Source of the DNA: Sphagnum compactum
Taxonomy: Eukaryota
Direction: 5' to 3'
DNA: 64,000 nucleotides
Assembly: GCA_965153455.1 (NCBI GenBank)
Contig: OZ234493.1
Location: 7,554,213-7,618,212 of the forward strand
Shown: positions 27,471 to 40,764 of the stretch, one piece after another
Layout of the letters: every line of letters begins with the position of its first letter
Position numbering within the stretch: position 1 is the first letter of the stretch
Notes under the pieces: generated by a model
What the model was told of the DNA's origin: nothing
Database searches by the model: none
What the model saw: the letters and a program-made list of their open reading frames with translations, nothing else
Made by a program: the position numbers and the translations under genes

Positions 27471-29438
27471 GGTTTTTTGAAACGCCTGCCCTTTGTGTGG
27501 TGTAATCTTGCAGCTAGGTGCATTAAAGGGTCGACATTTCAAAAAAACATAATGCCAATCCTATGGGTGTTTTCTTTTTTTGAAATGTCCGCTTTTGTTT
27601 TATTTTTTTGTTTTTCCCTTGATACTCGACAAATACCCAGTGAGTATTAAAAAATTGTCTTGATACTTTACGCTTAGTAAAAGCCCTTGGTTGTGGACTT
27701 CATTGAAATATAAGGCTTGTGCTTAGGTAAACACCCAAGCACCATTGTAGTGGAGTTGAGTGGATTGCCCACGACATTTCATACCCTTCCTTCCATTCAT
27801 CTAAAATATTGTAAAACAATTATTGGCAAAAAAATTGTGCTCTATAAACATCCGTAGTCCATAAACTGTTGATTCCACAAGTTTTCAAGTTATTGGAAAT
27901 GGCCGAATCTAGCACCACTACGGATTTTTTGACAATTTCCTACCCTACTTAATGCTACATCACAACCAACACGAGCTAGTTTATAACATACTTATGGATG
28001 TTTACATTATGGGTTTAGGGTTTAGGTTAAACCCTAAACCTAAACCCACCCTAAGCACTCTAGGTGACACATTATGCACGATTCTCTAGTACATTATAGA
28101 TCAAACACATGGATTGATTGATGTTCAATTCTTTGGTCATTGAAAAGTTTGCAAGAATTTATCTAAGTTACATAAAAACCTCCACAACTTTTTTTTTTAT
28201 TGGATTTGGAGCTAACATTCTAAGAACGTGTTATAGGTCATGTGAAAGAAAGTGGGCATTTCAAAAACCAAAAATGCTCTCAAGATTTTTCAAATTGCAT
28301 TAAAAAGTCAAAAACGGAGTAGATTTTGGGAAAGTTATAACCCTCCAAAGCAAAGCAAAGTAGAGGGGGTCAAGAACTCAAAAAAGCAAACCACCGAACC
28401 CTACAATGGCCGGTTCCTAGTCACTCAAAACAATTCCTTGTACAATGCTTTGTTGCTATTAGAGTTCAAAGATCATTTGTAGAAGAACTTCAGGTGGCAT
28501 TTTTATATAGCACTTTAAATCACTTAAAATGAATAAAAAATTAAGAAAGTTATGATGTTAAAAAATAAGAAGGGTCAAAATGAAGAAAAATGGAAAAAAA
28601 ACACGTTTTGCAATTCAGAAAAAACGTATTTTCTTTGACCCTCTTTTTGGGCTGGTCCTTGTGCTTTGCATTTGAAAGATGACTTGTAAAGCTTGAGAAG
28701 GCACTCCTATTAAACCATTTTAAATCACTCAAAATGACGAAGAATTGCTAAATATTTATCAAAGTGTTTCGGTCATAAGCAGGCGATTGGTGATGAGCCC
28801 GATTTACCCTACCCACTTGGGTATCAAAGGAATTTAAAAAAAAAAAGTTTCTTGTTTTTTTACATTCAATAACACATTCGGAGGGAGGCAGTTTTGACCT
28901 AAACCCTAAAACCCTAAACCCTAAACCCTTGGCCATTACCATACACTAGAAACTTACTTGGATATATAAGAGTTGTCCTTATTAAAAGTTTTACTTCATT
29001 TTGTCATCCTTTTTGTTGGTTTTTCATAGAGTCTAAAAAAGTTTGATCAAATAATAAAACTCAACAATGAGATGTTGAATTTTGAAAATCTATTATGATT
29101 TGTATTTAATTTAATGCAACGATGTTGTTGTCAACAATCCTTCCTTTGAAACTATGAATCTCAAAATTTGTATTGAGACCACATTCAAGATCAATTTTTT
29201 TTCAACAATTTTAGCAACTTGCGAAAATGTTAAAAGACAGTTTGATCTGGATTGTGATACCGATGGTAAAAATTAATTAAAACAATTTAACATTCACTAC
29301 TTAATCATTTTGACCTATTTTGAAACCCTAATAAATAAATAATTCCATCCCACATTCGAAGTAACTTTAACAAAATAACTTTATTAAAATGCTGCAATCT
29401 TGAATAGATGAAAGAAATAAAAGTGATTTCATGTAGAG

Positions 29439-29693
29439 ATGGAAATGCAAGGTCACTACTTTCATACATATTATCCCATATCATATTTCATTTGTGCATT
29501 TTGCAATGCGAAAATGTGGATTAAAAAAAGATCGGTAAAGTCGAGCAACAGCAACCCACAGTTTTCTCTAGGTTGCGAGAATGACAAAATTCTATTATCA
29601 AGTCTTCCTGCAACACCACAAGAGCTGAAAGTTCTTTTCATTAGCAAAGAAAGAAGTGCAATCATCTTCATATTTAGACAATTGAGTTCTTGA
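29439..29693 (+). mobile_element. Helitron Rep/helicase N-terminal fragment (decayed)
   Basis: CAFCNAKMWIKKRSVKSSNSNPQFSLGCENDKILLSSLPATPQELKVL resembles the plant Helitron motif C-x2-C-x-A-x-MW-x2-ER...P-x-FSLCC-x2-GK-x2-L...P-x2-L. The fragment is truncated. Confidence 0.7.
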
Positions 29694-30790
29694 AGATGGC
29701 CAGAACAAATTAGGATTAAATTTTTTAAAATTTTACTTTCTAGCAAAATTTGACTAATTTCTCTTGTGGGGTGATCACCAACTCACTCATCTACTTGACA
29801 ATTTTTTTTTAAAAAAAGAAAAGAAAAGCCCTGACTACTACTACTACTACTAACTACTACTACACCCATGATTCACATAGGAGCCTTACTGACACTACAG
29901 AAAGCCCTTAAAATAAAATTTCAAAAAATCATAAATAATTGAAAAAAAAAAACTCCAAATAATTAGCTTCAACTCTTGGGTTGAATTTCAAGTTCTCTTG
30001 TGTTTCAGGAAAAGAAGAAGAAAAAAGAGTGTAAGAGAAAATTGAAATTTAATTGAAATTACTTGTTATACTTATTCTGACAATAGTAAGAAAATTGCAA
30101 AAGAAAAAACAGGAGAGAGAAAGAGAGAGAGAGAGAGAGAAAAGGGGAGGGGGGTGAAGGTTGAGGGTTTGGGGAGGGGAGATTGATTGATTTTGTAGGT
30201 AAGTATGTAGCAAGAAGATTCTTTCTTGATTGTTTTGATGGGTGTTTTTGCAATCTGAGAGAGAAAGAAATGGTGTGAAAGTGATGCTGGAGAAGAAGGG
30301 GATGGTGAGTTTGTATTATTATTAGTTTTTTTTTGTTTTCAAATCTCTGGGGAGAAGGACGTTGGAAGGTGGCAAGGAAGGAAAGGGATGGAGGAGAAAA
30401 GAGGGAGATTTAGTAGTAGTTGTTGGGGAAGAGGGAAACGGTGTTGTCATCGTCTGTTGTTGTTGTTGTTGTTGCTGTAGTGGAGGAGAAGGGGGATTTG
30501 GGAGTGTCTAGATCGGTTTTTGTCAGTTTGTTTTTGTTGGGTTGTTGTTGTTGTTTTGAGTGTATGAGTAGAAGAAAGTTGTGAGTGGGTGGGTGTTCTT
30601 TAGTTTTTAGGCTTTGGGTTTTGGTTTTGGGGGGGGGCGGGAGTTAGCTGTGGAAAGGAGAGAGGATTGTGTGTGTTTGTGTTTTTGGGTCTTGGAAAGA
30701 AAGCAATAGAACTTTGGTTTTGGGTCTTTTTTTTCTGCACGAGGCGAGTTGTTCTCTTGGTCGCACAAGTGCTGGTATGTGAAGTGCTAG

Positions 30791-33700
30791 ATGGCGGGAG
30801 GATATGGGTCCCGGTCTTCTGTTGTGGTGACTCAATCATCAGCGTCATCAAGAATCCTTTTCGTGTTGACGGCATTGCCATTATCGCTAGCCCTGTTTGC
30901 ATTCGTTTTGCAATGGAGAGGAGGAGGTTTGTTGGTGGATCCGGCTCGCATTGGGCAGCTTGCAGGCGACAACTCACGCCTCCCTGGTGTGCAGCCTCTT
31001 GACTCGCTCAGTACCCCTACTGGCGGCCGTGCTGTCACCAATTTGGATTGTGCCAATCAGCTGTTCCGTGGCGGTCTTTCAGGTTTTCCATACCATCCAG
31101 GATGGCAGTATGCCATTCTCAACGATGTCACTCCCAAGGCAAAAATCACGGACAAACCCTAAAAACCCTAAACCAGATGTAGTGATGGTGGTCTTCTTCT
31201 CAGTTGTTGTTGTGTAAGCTCGAGGTGCTCGCATGGGTGCCATCCTTTTCTTTTTCAGTTGTTGTTGTGTAAGCTTGAGGTGCTCACATGGGTGTCATCC
31301 TCTTCTTGTTCAAGTGGGCGATACTGAACCTGACAATATTTTAGGGTTAACTTTGTTGATGGGTGTTTTTCTGAGGAGGAATCGCTTGCCTTGGATGGAT
31401 GGGTGGGGAAAATTGGGATCCCTTGCAGATTTCAATAACTACAAGCACATCAGCTGGTCTAGACCAGATTCTGCCATGGCTTTTCTACCACCGGGTCATT
31501 GGTGTTACCAATTTTTTTCTCTTTGTTGAGGGAAAGGCTGCATCTCCCAACTCAACTGTGGTTCTTGAAGCCATCCCTGTATGCTGACCTCACCTTTCTG
31601 CATCATGCTACTCTCGTTTTCTGTATTGGAGACCTAACTGATTTAAACATTGGACTGTGCATGTTCAATTACACCATAGAGCTTCTATGTTGCAAGTCAT
31701 CACACAAGCAGAGTGGGTATTGTAGCAGCCACTGCAAAACCATTCCCTTGATTATTGGCATCTTTGAACTTTTGTAGTCATATCCCATTGTCAGCAGGAG
31801 TGTGAAATATTTACTCATGTCCTGGAATCATCTGTGAATCTGGTCAGCGGCAGTTTTAGGTCACATTAGGTACAATCAATACTTTTCTCAGGCACAGATT
31901 GCATAACGAAGTTCTATGTGGATGCAGGGGGTCATGGTTATCCATCGCACCAAGGAGCTGGAAGATAAGCAAGCCAAAAGGTTTGCCCTTCTGCCTTGTC
32001 TTTTTTTGAAATTTTGTAGCAGGAGTGTCATGAATCATTGGCTCATAGTCCTGCATACTCAGTACTGTAAGGAGATAATATTGGTATTCTGGTGTTTGTA
32101 TTCTTTTTAAATAGAGAAAGATCTAAGCAATGGAGTGGATGTCTGTTGGGTGTGCAGTCGCATTTGGGGTGAGACTTGGTTGGCAGGTTTCTTTTTCAAG
32201 CCCTGTAACTATGAGCTTTTTGTGAAGCAGTCGCTCAACATGGAGATGGCCATTGTTTTCGCAAGGGTGACTTTCACACCTCCACCCCATACAGCATAGC
32301 AGTTTGTAAACTGTTCAATAAGTCTGCAGAAATGTTCATCATGTTTCTTTGCAAGGAGTGTACCCCAGCAGAAAACTGCCTGGTAACCCTCTTAGTGTGG
32401 GTTTACCATGTGAGAGCAGGAAGCAGGTATGGACTGGATAATACATCTTGACACGGATGAGTTGCTACACCCAGCAGGCGCCCCGGAATATTCACTGCGA
32501 CGCCTGCTACAAGATGTAGCAGCTGATGTGGATATGGTTGTATTCCCAAATTATGTAAGTAAACCTCATGGTAACCTGGAAGATGTGAGAAGTTCAGAGC
32601 CAGTCTTACCAGTGGGTGTTTCACTCTAAAGCACAACCTGTCAAATGTGGGTCCGAATTAGAAGTTTGAAACATTCTGCAAATTGATTTGTTTGCAAGCT
32701 ACATTTGCATCAATGTGTTTCTCTCCTCTTTTCTCTTCTTTTCTTCTACTTCCACATAGTTCAGCCCATCCTTCACCTTGTGAATAGTAGTTTCAAAATT
32801 GGATACAGCATGTCTTTCATCTTCCGTCTGTTGTGAAAACCTTTGTGAGTAACTGAGTATAACCTAGAGTTATGGTCGTTCCATACTGGGATTCCTGATG
32901 CAGGAGAGTGCTATTGAACGTGATGACATCAAGGATCCCTTCAGTGAGGTGAGTGACAAGTGACTTGTCTGGTCCTGTCTGCTATACATTTGGTTCACAC
33001 CTACAGGTAAAGGTGACATGTCTGGAGTGCTTTTTTTCTTGGCAGAATGGGAATAATTCCAGAGTAATTTTGCTTACAGATGCTGTACATAAAACTAGGT
33101 ATCCTTTTTACGTGTTATTTATGATTTTTTTTTCCCAAGCTGCAGGTATCCATGTTCAAGAAGAACTATGACCATGTCACCAAGGAGACTTATTTTGGAC
33201 TGTACCGAGAAGCCACTCGTGGTAACCCCAATTACTTCTTGACTTATGGAAACGGAAAGGCAGCTTCCCGCATCCAGGACAACTTGAGGCCTAATGGAGC
33301 TCATCGGTGGCACAACTACATGAAAACACCCAAGTGAGAGAAACAAGCTTTCTTGTAGCCCCATATCCTGGTAGTTTTTCTCCTAAGAATATTAGGAATC
33401 ATTTTGTGCTTTTGCAAGTAGTGTTACTTTGAGCTTGTGTGTGTGTGTGTGTTTTTTTTGGGGGTTTTTTTCTTTAGGCATAGATGCTTGCATATACAGG
33501 GACATGCTAAAATGAAATAAAAGCTCTTTCCTTCAGAAGCTTGTTGCAGCTTGAATGAGGATACTGTTGACTTTTTTGATTAGCAATGTCTCTTGAGTGC
33601 TAGCCAACATCACGTCTGAGTCTTCCCATTGCTTCCGGAAAGGCAACAGAAACTCAGGACGCAGATTGTGTATAATGGTTTGCCCAAGTTTTTTGGGAAG

Positions 33701-35041
33701 ATTATTATATGCTTATCTACACCCACTGTTGGGAGCTGATGAACTCAGTGGGTAGTCATGGCAGCTCGCCACTGCCGTTCGTGATGAAGGTGATGGTCTG
33801 TCACTTTGTGAGCGACTCTCATGAGGTTATGACTGCACTCATTGTCGTGTTACCTTTAATTGTTGTTGTGGAGATTTCTCTGCAACTTCATCGATCTCTT
33901 TTTTTGGGGGCACCCAGATTAGGACCTGGTGTGGCTTATTGGACAGGAGCTGAGTTCTAGGGTTGACTTTTCTGTTTCTTAAAATTGAAAGTGAGTTTAC
34001 ATCTTGCAGTGAGATAAAATTCGAGGAGGCAGCAGTTCTGCATTACACATACACCAAGTTCTCAGATTTAACCTCACGGCGTGACAGGTGTGGGTGCAAA
34101 CCCACTAAGGAGGATGTAAAGCGCTGCTTCATGCTTGAATTTGATCGAGCGGTAAGAACATGGCACTTGCTATGTTGGGGGTCACAGCAGTGCACAACAT
34201 TTGGAAGTAGTTTTAAGAAAAGGTTCTTTTGGAGATTTTGCGCTTACTATCCAGGGTTCTGTGCTGTATTGCAGGCCTTCATCATTGCTTCAACGGCTTC
34301 ACAGGAAGAGATGCGGCGCTGGTATATCTATCATGAACTCCTGTCCGTTTACCACTTTGTGAGGAGTCAAGTTTCTCAAACACTTTCTCATTTTCACACA
34401 GGGAATTTTATTCAATGCTTGTACGTGAAATATAGGTACAAGGAGCATGTTGTCTGGACGGACAAGGAGTTGAACTTGAAGCTGATGAGGAAAGGCCTCT
34501 TGACACGTATCTATGCCCCACAGGTAAAAAAGCATCTTTCACCCTCTTGTATTTATATCTACTCTGCAAGCTTAAGATTGCAACTTTGTTGCTTCTTTAT
34601 TTGCAATTGCTTATGGTTCCAGACTCCTAATTGTCAGTGGAGGGGTTCAGATGGATGACGGTGTAGGATTTTGTTGTTGATCAGGTGATTGTGCAAGGAC
34701 TGCGCGAGGCAGGGGTTTTCAGTGATGCACTGCTAGCAGGGCAGATGCATCTTGAGAAATCAAAGTCACAGGAGGCTGCCCTCTCTTTTGTCTCCACACC
34801 CAAAAGCATTGCAGGTGTTGCCACAGGTGAACCTACGACAGTAAGCAAATTGCAAGGTACAAGCAAAGAGGAGATGGGTGGAGTAGGAAGAGGCATAGGG
34901 AACTTCAAAGAAGTAGTTAATGAGCAAGGTACAGACATAAGAAAGCTTCTCGAAATCAGTACTGATACAATGGTGTATGCCGTAGCCCCACTCTCGCCCC
35001 CAGACATGGAACAGTTGGCCACAAATTCTTTCAGGACATAG
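30791..35041 (+). CDS. KOB1: Glycosyltransferase-like KOBITO1/ELD1/ABI8 homolog (type II membrane protein), 553 aa
   Basis: Eleven exons: 30791-31138 (GC donor), 31429-31578, 31928-31980, 32158-32266, 32420-32554, 32904-32948, 33146-33333, 34010-34151, 34275-34321, 34436-34523, 34685-35041 (1662 nt). It has an N-terminal TM segment ([24 protein letters not shown]) and the motifs [25 protein letters not shown] (DxD), [27 protein letters not shown] and [23 protein letters not shown]. Confidence 0.95.
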
Positions 35042-36498
35042 CAGGGGTGGTGCTGCTGGAAATTTCCTGCTTCTGGAAACATCTCATTGAAGCAAAAACA
35101 TCAACTATAGGTATAATTCCTCAACATGTTTCCAGAAATGTACACTGTAGTAGGTCTGGGTTGTCAGGATTTGATTCTTTCAGTAGTCTGAGAATTAAAT
35201 GTGAAGTATTAGTTATATCCCCAGTAAATTTTTGACATTGACAACACATTAAATGTTGCAGTAGTTGGCTCCCTCTGTGATGCCAATCGGGATTTCCACT
35301 TGAGGCCACATAAGATTTGGAGGTTGGTTTTGGGGCCATTGTTGTCTGTAATAAACCCGTGGCTGCAAAACTTGATCCAGGGATGAGGTGTGTGGTGGTG
35401 TGTGCCTAGGTTGTAGGCTGTAAGTTGCAGTTTGCTGGAGAATTGATTCCCGCATCTTACTATGGTGATCTTGGGCACCACATATGAACATAGAGGTCAT
35501 GGGTTCACATTCAAAGGAGATAAAAGAGCCTCCTCTGTGAGGTTGTAACCAGTGTTAGCCTGTTATTACTTGTTTTCAGAACTGAGTTTAGGTCTAGATG
35601 TTTTGGATAGGGATTTGATGGTTTTTGACTGCAACAAACAAAAGTGAAAAAAACCCACTAATGTGTGCTCATGACCACCACCAGTCCATTCTCCAATTTG
35701 GCCACAAATCTTCCTTTGTGCCCCATGCATGATCATTCTCTTGCAAGTCCCCTTGTATTGCTGGTTCTTTGGATGCTACCTACTAGTGGATAAGACCTCT
35801 AACCGGTTCCCAAAAAATTCAATAGTTGATGGGTAGTTTATTGATAACTTTATTGATAACTAGGTGTTTCTTCAGCAACTGGTACCTGACTTGACTATCC
35901 CTTGTGAGAATTAAGATGCCTTCTTTTCATCCATGTGGAGAGCAATTAAGAAATTTTCATCCAAGCAGTGAAGGGCTCCAATATCATTGGGCCAGTAAGA
36001 GCCCAAGGTGGTAGGTACCTTGTGCCAAATGAAATGGAGGTTGAAAGTCATTATGGGTTGTAACTTGCAACTTGACAGCCAATCAGAGCGTCGGGATTGT
36101 CACAAGGGATGGTTATGCTAATTGTTGATTATCACATCATTCCCCCAATTCACCAGTTATCCATTAATTCCAGTTACTATATTTTATCAGTTGCAATTAT
36201 AACTGGATACAAAACCAGTGGGTAAAACCAAATGAAGTATATAACAACCCAACACTGGTCTAGACCTTGCAATGCTCAGTCCAGAACACATCATCCATTC
36301 AGCTGACAATATTTATTAATCCATGAGAGTCTACAAATTTTGTTGAAATCTGATAAAGGTTCTTCATTGAAACATACAATATGGGGCACTATAATTATCC
36401 CTAAAGTCAGGCGATTAGGGGGTGAGGGTGGCCAGATTCGGCATAATAGGGCATCGAACGTGTAACTGGGAATGAAATTTTTACAAAACGAAATAACT

Positions 36499-36708
36499 GG
36501 GACCCAAATTAGTTTTTTCCACCAATTTTGGTGGTAAACTGAGTGAGTTTCATCCTGTCTTTCCTTTTCCCTGAGCGCCTCCACTGCTTGCTACATATAT
36601 TTTGGGACCCAAATTAGTTTTTTCCACCAATTTTGGTGGCAAACTGAGTGAGTTTCATCCTGTCTTTCCTTTTCCCTGAGCGCCTCCACTGCTTGCTACA
36701 TATATTTT
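36499..36708. repeat. Near-perfect 105-bp tandem duplication
   Basis: GGGACCCAAATTAG...GCTACATATATTTT at 36499 and 36604, one substitution seen (GGTAAA vs GGCAAA). Confidence 0.95.
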
Positions 36709-39700
36709 CGCTGCTACTACCTGTACAACTACTGTAATTATTCTCGAACCTTGTGCATTAAGTGCTGAGTTTCAGCACTTCATACTGAGATTTAATAAAA
36801 TTTTTGGTGATTTACCCATTCTGGAAGGTGAACTCAGCAGAAGGGAATGGAAACACAAAACGTTTCACTTTGAAAGTGACATCCAGAGAAAATAAAGCAA
36901 AATTGAAGAGAACCATAGTGCAGCAATGTGGCGAAGCACTTTAGTCGTTGGTGACTTTTGAGCTACAACATAAGAAGAAGATCACATGGATAAGAAAGAA
37001 AACCACATGTGGAGATGAAAAGTACTTATCTTACACAGACTTTCAGTTTTCAACAAAAGTTGTGCTGAGAACGTTAGAACAAAGGCATCGGTACCTTCAA
37101 ATCTGTTGAGGAAAATCAAGGCTTCTGGATATGTGATCATTGTCAGCATAGAATGCTCATTTAGAGGTGAAAATTAGAATGAAATCCTGTACTCAAAGTG
37201 GACCCATGTAGCACTCATGCTGCTGGCTTATTTCTGCCCATCCTGAGTTAGTTTTGCTTCTGATAAACTTGACTACCACTGCCATAAGCATATGACTTAT
37301 TTGTGAAGAAAAACTATACACCTTGCCTATGCTTCTCCTGCCATTTGCTTCTCTATTTGTTGTATACCACACTCTCAATCCATCAGCTTTTTCCTTTCAG
37401 TTGCTCTGCATTCTTCACCCATCAACAAACCAACAAGCTCACTCCTCGTACTCCGTTTCTCGTTGTCCACCATCTGAACTTACCTCACAGACCCACAAAA
37501 TCCTTGAGGGGAGAAGACAATGTCAGTGATCTATCATGCACATTGCATCATCATCCAAAGCCATTTTGACAACACCAGATTCCAGTGAACACTGGGTCAA
37601 CACCAACATGGCAAATCTTGAGAGGAAGAAGCAAAATGGCCTCAACCAAGATCCTTGCTACCCAGTACCCAGTCTTGGGTCTTTGTCTTTTTCTTTAGCC
37701 CCTAATCCCCCTGATAAGCCAAAAGTGGCTTTTTGGGGATTTAAAATTGATGGATTACGTAATCCTAAATTTGTTTTTTTTTTTTTTTTTTTTGAAAAAT
37801 TCTGTTTCAGTGATGTGTAGTGTGGTCATAGGCTCCAAATGGCATGCTAAGAGCATCTCCACCAAGGATCAGTATATATGTGACCTGCAAAAGTTTTAGT
37901 TTACTAACTTTTTTCCAACCCCACCCATGAAACTGAAACTGGGACTGCAAGTAGGTGGGAGACTAGTAATAATAGCAACCCATTTGGACCAATCAAACTA
38001 TTTACCCAATCAGAAACAGGGAGCAGTCAAGAAATATATGATTTGACTTTGTTTAATCAACTCTTCCAGGGCTCCTGGAAAGCTGGGCGTTTTCTCAGGG
38101 GTCCCAGTAGTAGACTGGAATGGGATTCCATGTGTTTTGTAATGTCAACTAAATGTTAGCTACTTTGATACATTTTCAAGTTGTAAGAGATACACCAATA
38201 CCTATTTTGTATGTGTACTCAACTTGTTGAACCCTAAACTTAACCCTAAACCTTAATAATGGGGCAACTGAATGAATTTATTGGGTGGACGAGGGATGAA
38301 AGGGAATGCCAATCTCTGTAAAGAAATAAAATTCCTTAATATGTACAAAGTTCTTTTTACCAATATTTATTTTCTTTTTTGAAGAAATTATACATTCTTA
38401 TAATCCCAATATTTTTTTTGTAGGCTAGTTGTGTTCATCTTCAAAAGACATATGTATGCCTCATACCCTGGGACTGTTGAAAAAACAAAACCCTGAACCC
38501 TAAACCTATCTAAAAATCCTAAAAACCCTAAAACCTCCGGTAGTAGTCTCCCATAAATAATTTGCCCTCCCATAACACTAAAAAAAATTCTTCCACATTA
38601 TTATTTTGGTTTTGGAAAAATAGAGCTCTGACTTTGTCGCCATTGGGGTAAACCCTAAATTCCAATGAAGCTCCCTAAACCCTAAACCTTGTTTGGGAGC
38701 TTGCTTGCTAAGAAGGGAGTTCATGACTTTGCAAAAGCTTCGAGGAAAGGAAATGAGGAGGAGGGCTTAGCTGAAAGCACACATGGAAGCAAACGAGCAA
38801 ATCCATGCAGGAAAAAAATCAATCCTCATAGGCAGCAAAACAAAAGGATTTGTCCTTTGGCTTTTGTTTTCTCTCTTTTGAAGGAGGAGGCTATTCATTC
38901 ACTAAAGCATTGGACTTGTTGGTTGGTATCCATAAAGCATTACAACTTTTTTCTTCCCCTTTGTTATTTTTTCGGTTCCGCACCTACCCTAAGAAACCCT
39001 AAACTAAACCCTAAAAGGGTCTAAACCTAGACCCTTTGAAAGCCCTATAGATACATAATTTTCTTTAACTGGGATTTCAAGGAAGGAGTTGGCACAACTC
39101 ACAAAAAAACAAACACAAGGAGACTGACTGGGGTGTCCAGCACATCCAAATTCCAAACCAAATATAAGATAAATCAATTACTTTACAACACTTGGTTGGT
39201 GGTGGACAATTTTAATTTTAATTAATTAATTAATTAATTTTTCTAGTGTCAGCACATTCATACCAAATTCTGGTAGTATGCAAGATTTTTAAAAAAAAAG
39301 GCATTAGTTGATGACACATAAATTCCACAAAAAAAATAAAAATCCTTTTATTGTCCAGCACATCCAAAACAGACTCTGTCATAAGGGGGAAAATCATCAT
39401 TGGAAATGGGAGTTAAAAGTGGCAGATGTGTAGCAAATGCATAAGATCAAACAAACTCCAAGCTTCTTCAGTTTTATTTGGAGTAGCCTAAGTTAGCTCA
39501 CTTTGTTGTAGAGACTTTACTCAAGTGTATGTAGGTTGATGATGAGCCAAGTTCTTCTTGAAGTAGTTCTTTGGTTCTAGTAAACTTTTATTTTTATTAT
39601 TATATTATAATTAATTAATTAATTAATTAATTATTTTCCAAAAACATGCATTTTGAGTTTCCATTCCAGTTCCACACATAAATTAAAAAAATCCGAGAAC

Positions 39701-40140
39701 CCAGTTCCAGTCAGATTCTTACCAAAAACCTGACCTGGGGTTAAATGATGGGTAGGGTGCGGGTAATATCCCCATCATATATATACCCCTGGTCGGTTGG
39801 GGGTAAGAAACCGGGTATGTTAAAAGAGTAAAAATGGTTCGCTCTTTGAAATCATTAGGACGGTTTTCAAATACAATGTAATTTACTCTCTTTTCTTTTT
39901 CTTTTTTACCCTACTTGTATGGGTATATCTCACATATACCCACCCATTGGTATCAATAGGGTATAACTTTTTTTCAGATGTATATATATATATATATTAC
40001 GGGTATGCACTTAGTTAGGGTTCATTAGTTTCAAGAAAATAAGTTAAGGTGAGGGATATATCATATCCATACTCGACGGGTATACAATGGGTAAAAGATA
40101 TACCCACACAACACCGAAAGCGGGTACGCGCCCAACATGG

Positions 40141-40421
40141 TTTCAAACCGTTTTTTAAGTGGTCGACCTGTGGGCTCCACATAGTAGTAGGTGAGAACCA
40201 AAAGAGTTCTTCGGTTTGTTTCTTTGACAATTTTATATTTATCTTTATATTTATTTATTAAAAAAAACCTTTTTTAAAAAAAATTCCAGGCAAGAGCAAA
40301 ATTTATGACAAAGAACGAGAACCGAATTTTTTTTTCAAACCGTTTTTTAAGTGGTCCACCCGTGGGCTCCATATAGTAGTAGGTGAGAACCAAAAGAGAG
40401 TTCTTCGGTTTCTTTGACAAT
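40141..40421. repeat. ~90-bp direct repeat pair
   Basis: TTTCAAACCGTTTTTTAAGTGGTC.ACC.GTGGGCTCCA.ATAGTAGTAGGTGAGAACCAAAAGAG...CTTTGACAATTTT at about 40141 and 40333. Confidence 0.9.
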
Positions 40422-40719
40422 TTTTTTTTTTTTTTTTGGGTTTAGGGTTTAGGGTTTTTACCGAACATAGCTATGCTGAATTTGGGGTGCACAATAATAC
40501 GCTAGCACAACAGGTGTAGGCTACATATTATTACAACGGAATTGGCAGCTTGACACTTGACATGCATATGGGACAATGGTGAAGAAGAAGAAGAAGAGTC
40601 ATCATCTCTCATGAAATTGTTTCCAATGGGAATTGTGTTGTGTTGTGTGTTGTTACTTTGTAACACATGACACCACATCCCCTTTGTAAAAAGTGGCCTT
40701 GCAAAGTGCAAAGTGCATA

Positions 40720-40764
<45 letters not shown>

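Noticed and set aside
27480-27520. Possible Helitron 3' terminus (GC-rich segment then CTAG)
   Set aside because: The hairpin is too degenerate, and it lies upstream of the + strand Helitron fragment, so it cannot be that element's end.
29347-29390. snRNA-promoter-like USE (ATCCCACATTCG) plus a TATA-like tract
   Set aside because: The match is imperfect and is followed by Helitron-like sequence rather than a recognisable snRNA.
33099-33145. U12-type donor consensus GTATCCTTTT inside KOB1 intron 6
   Set aside because: It would define only a 47-nt intron and a frameshifting 19-nt exon; the U2 model already gives a complete protein.
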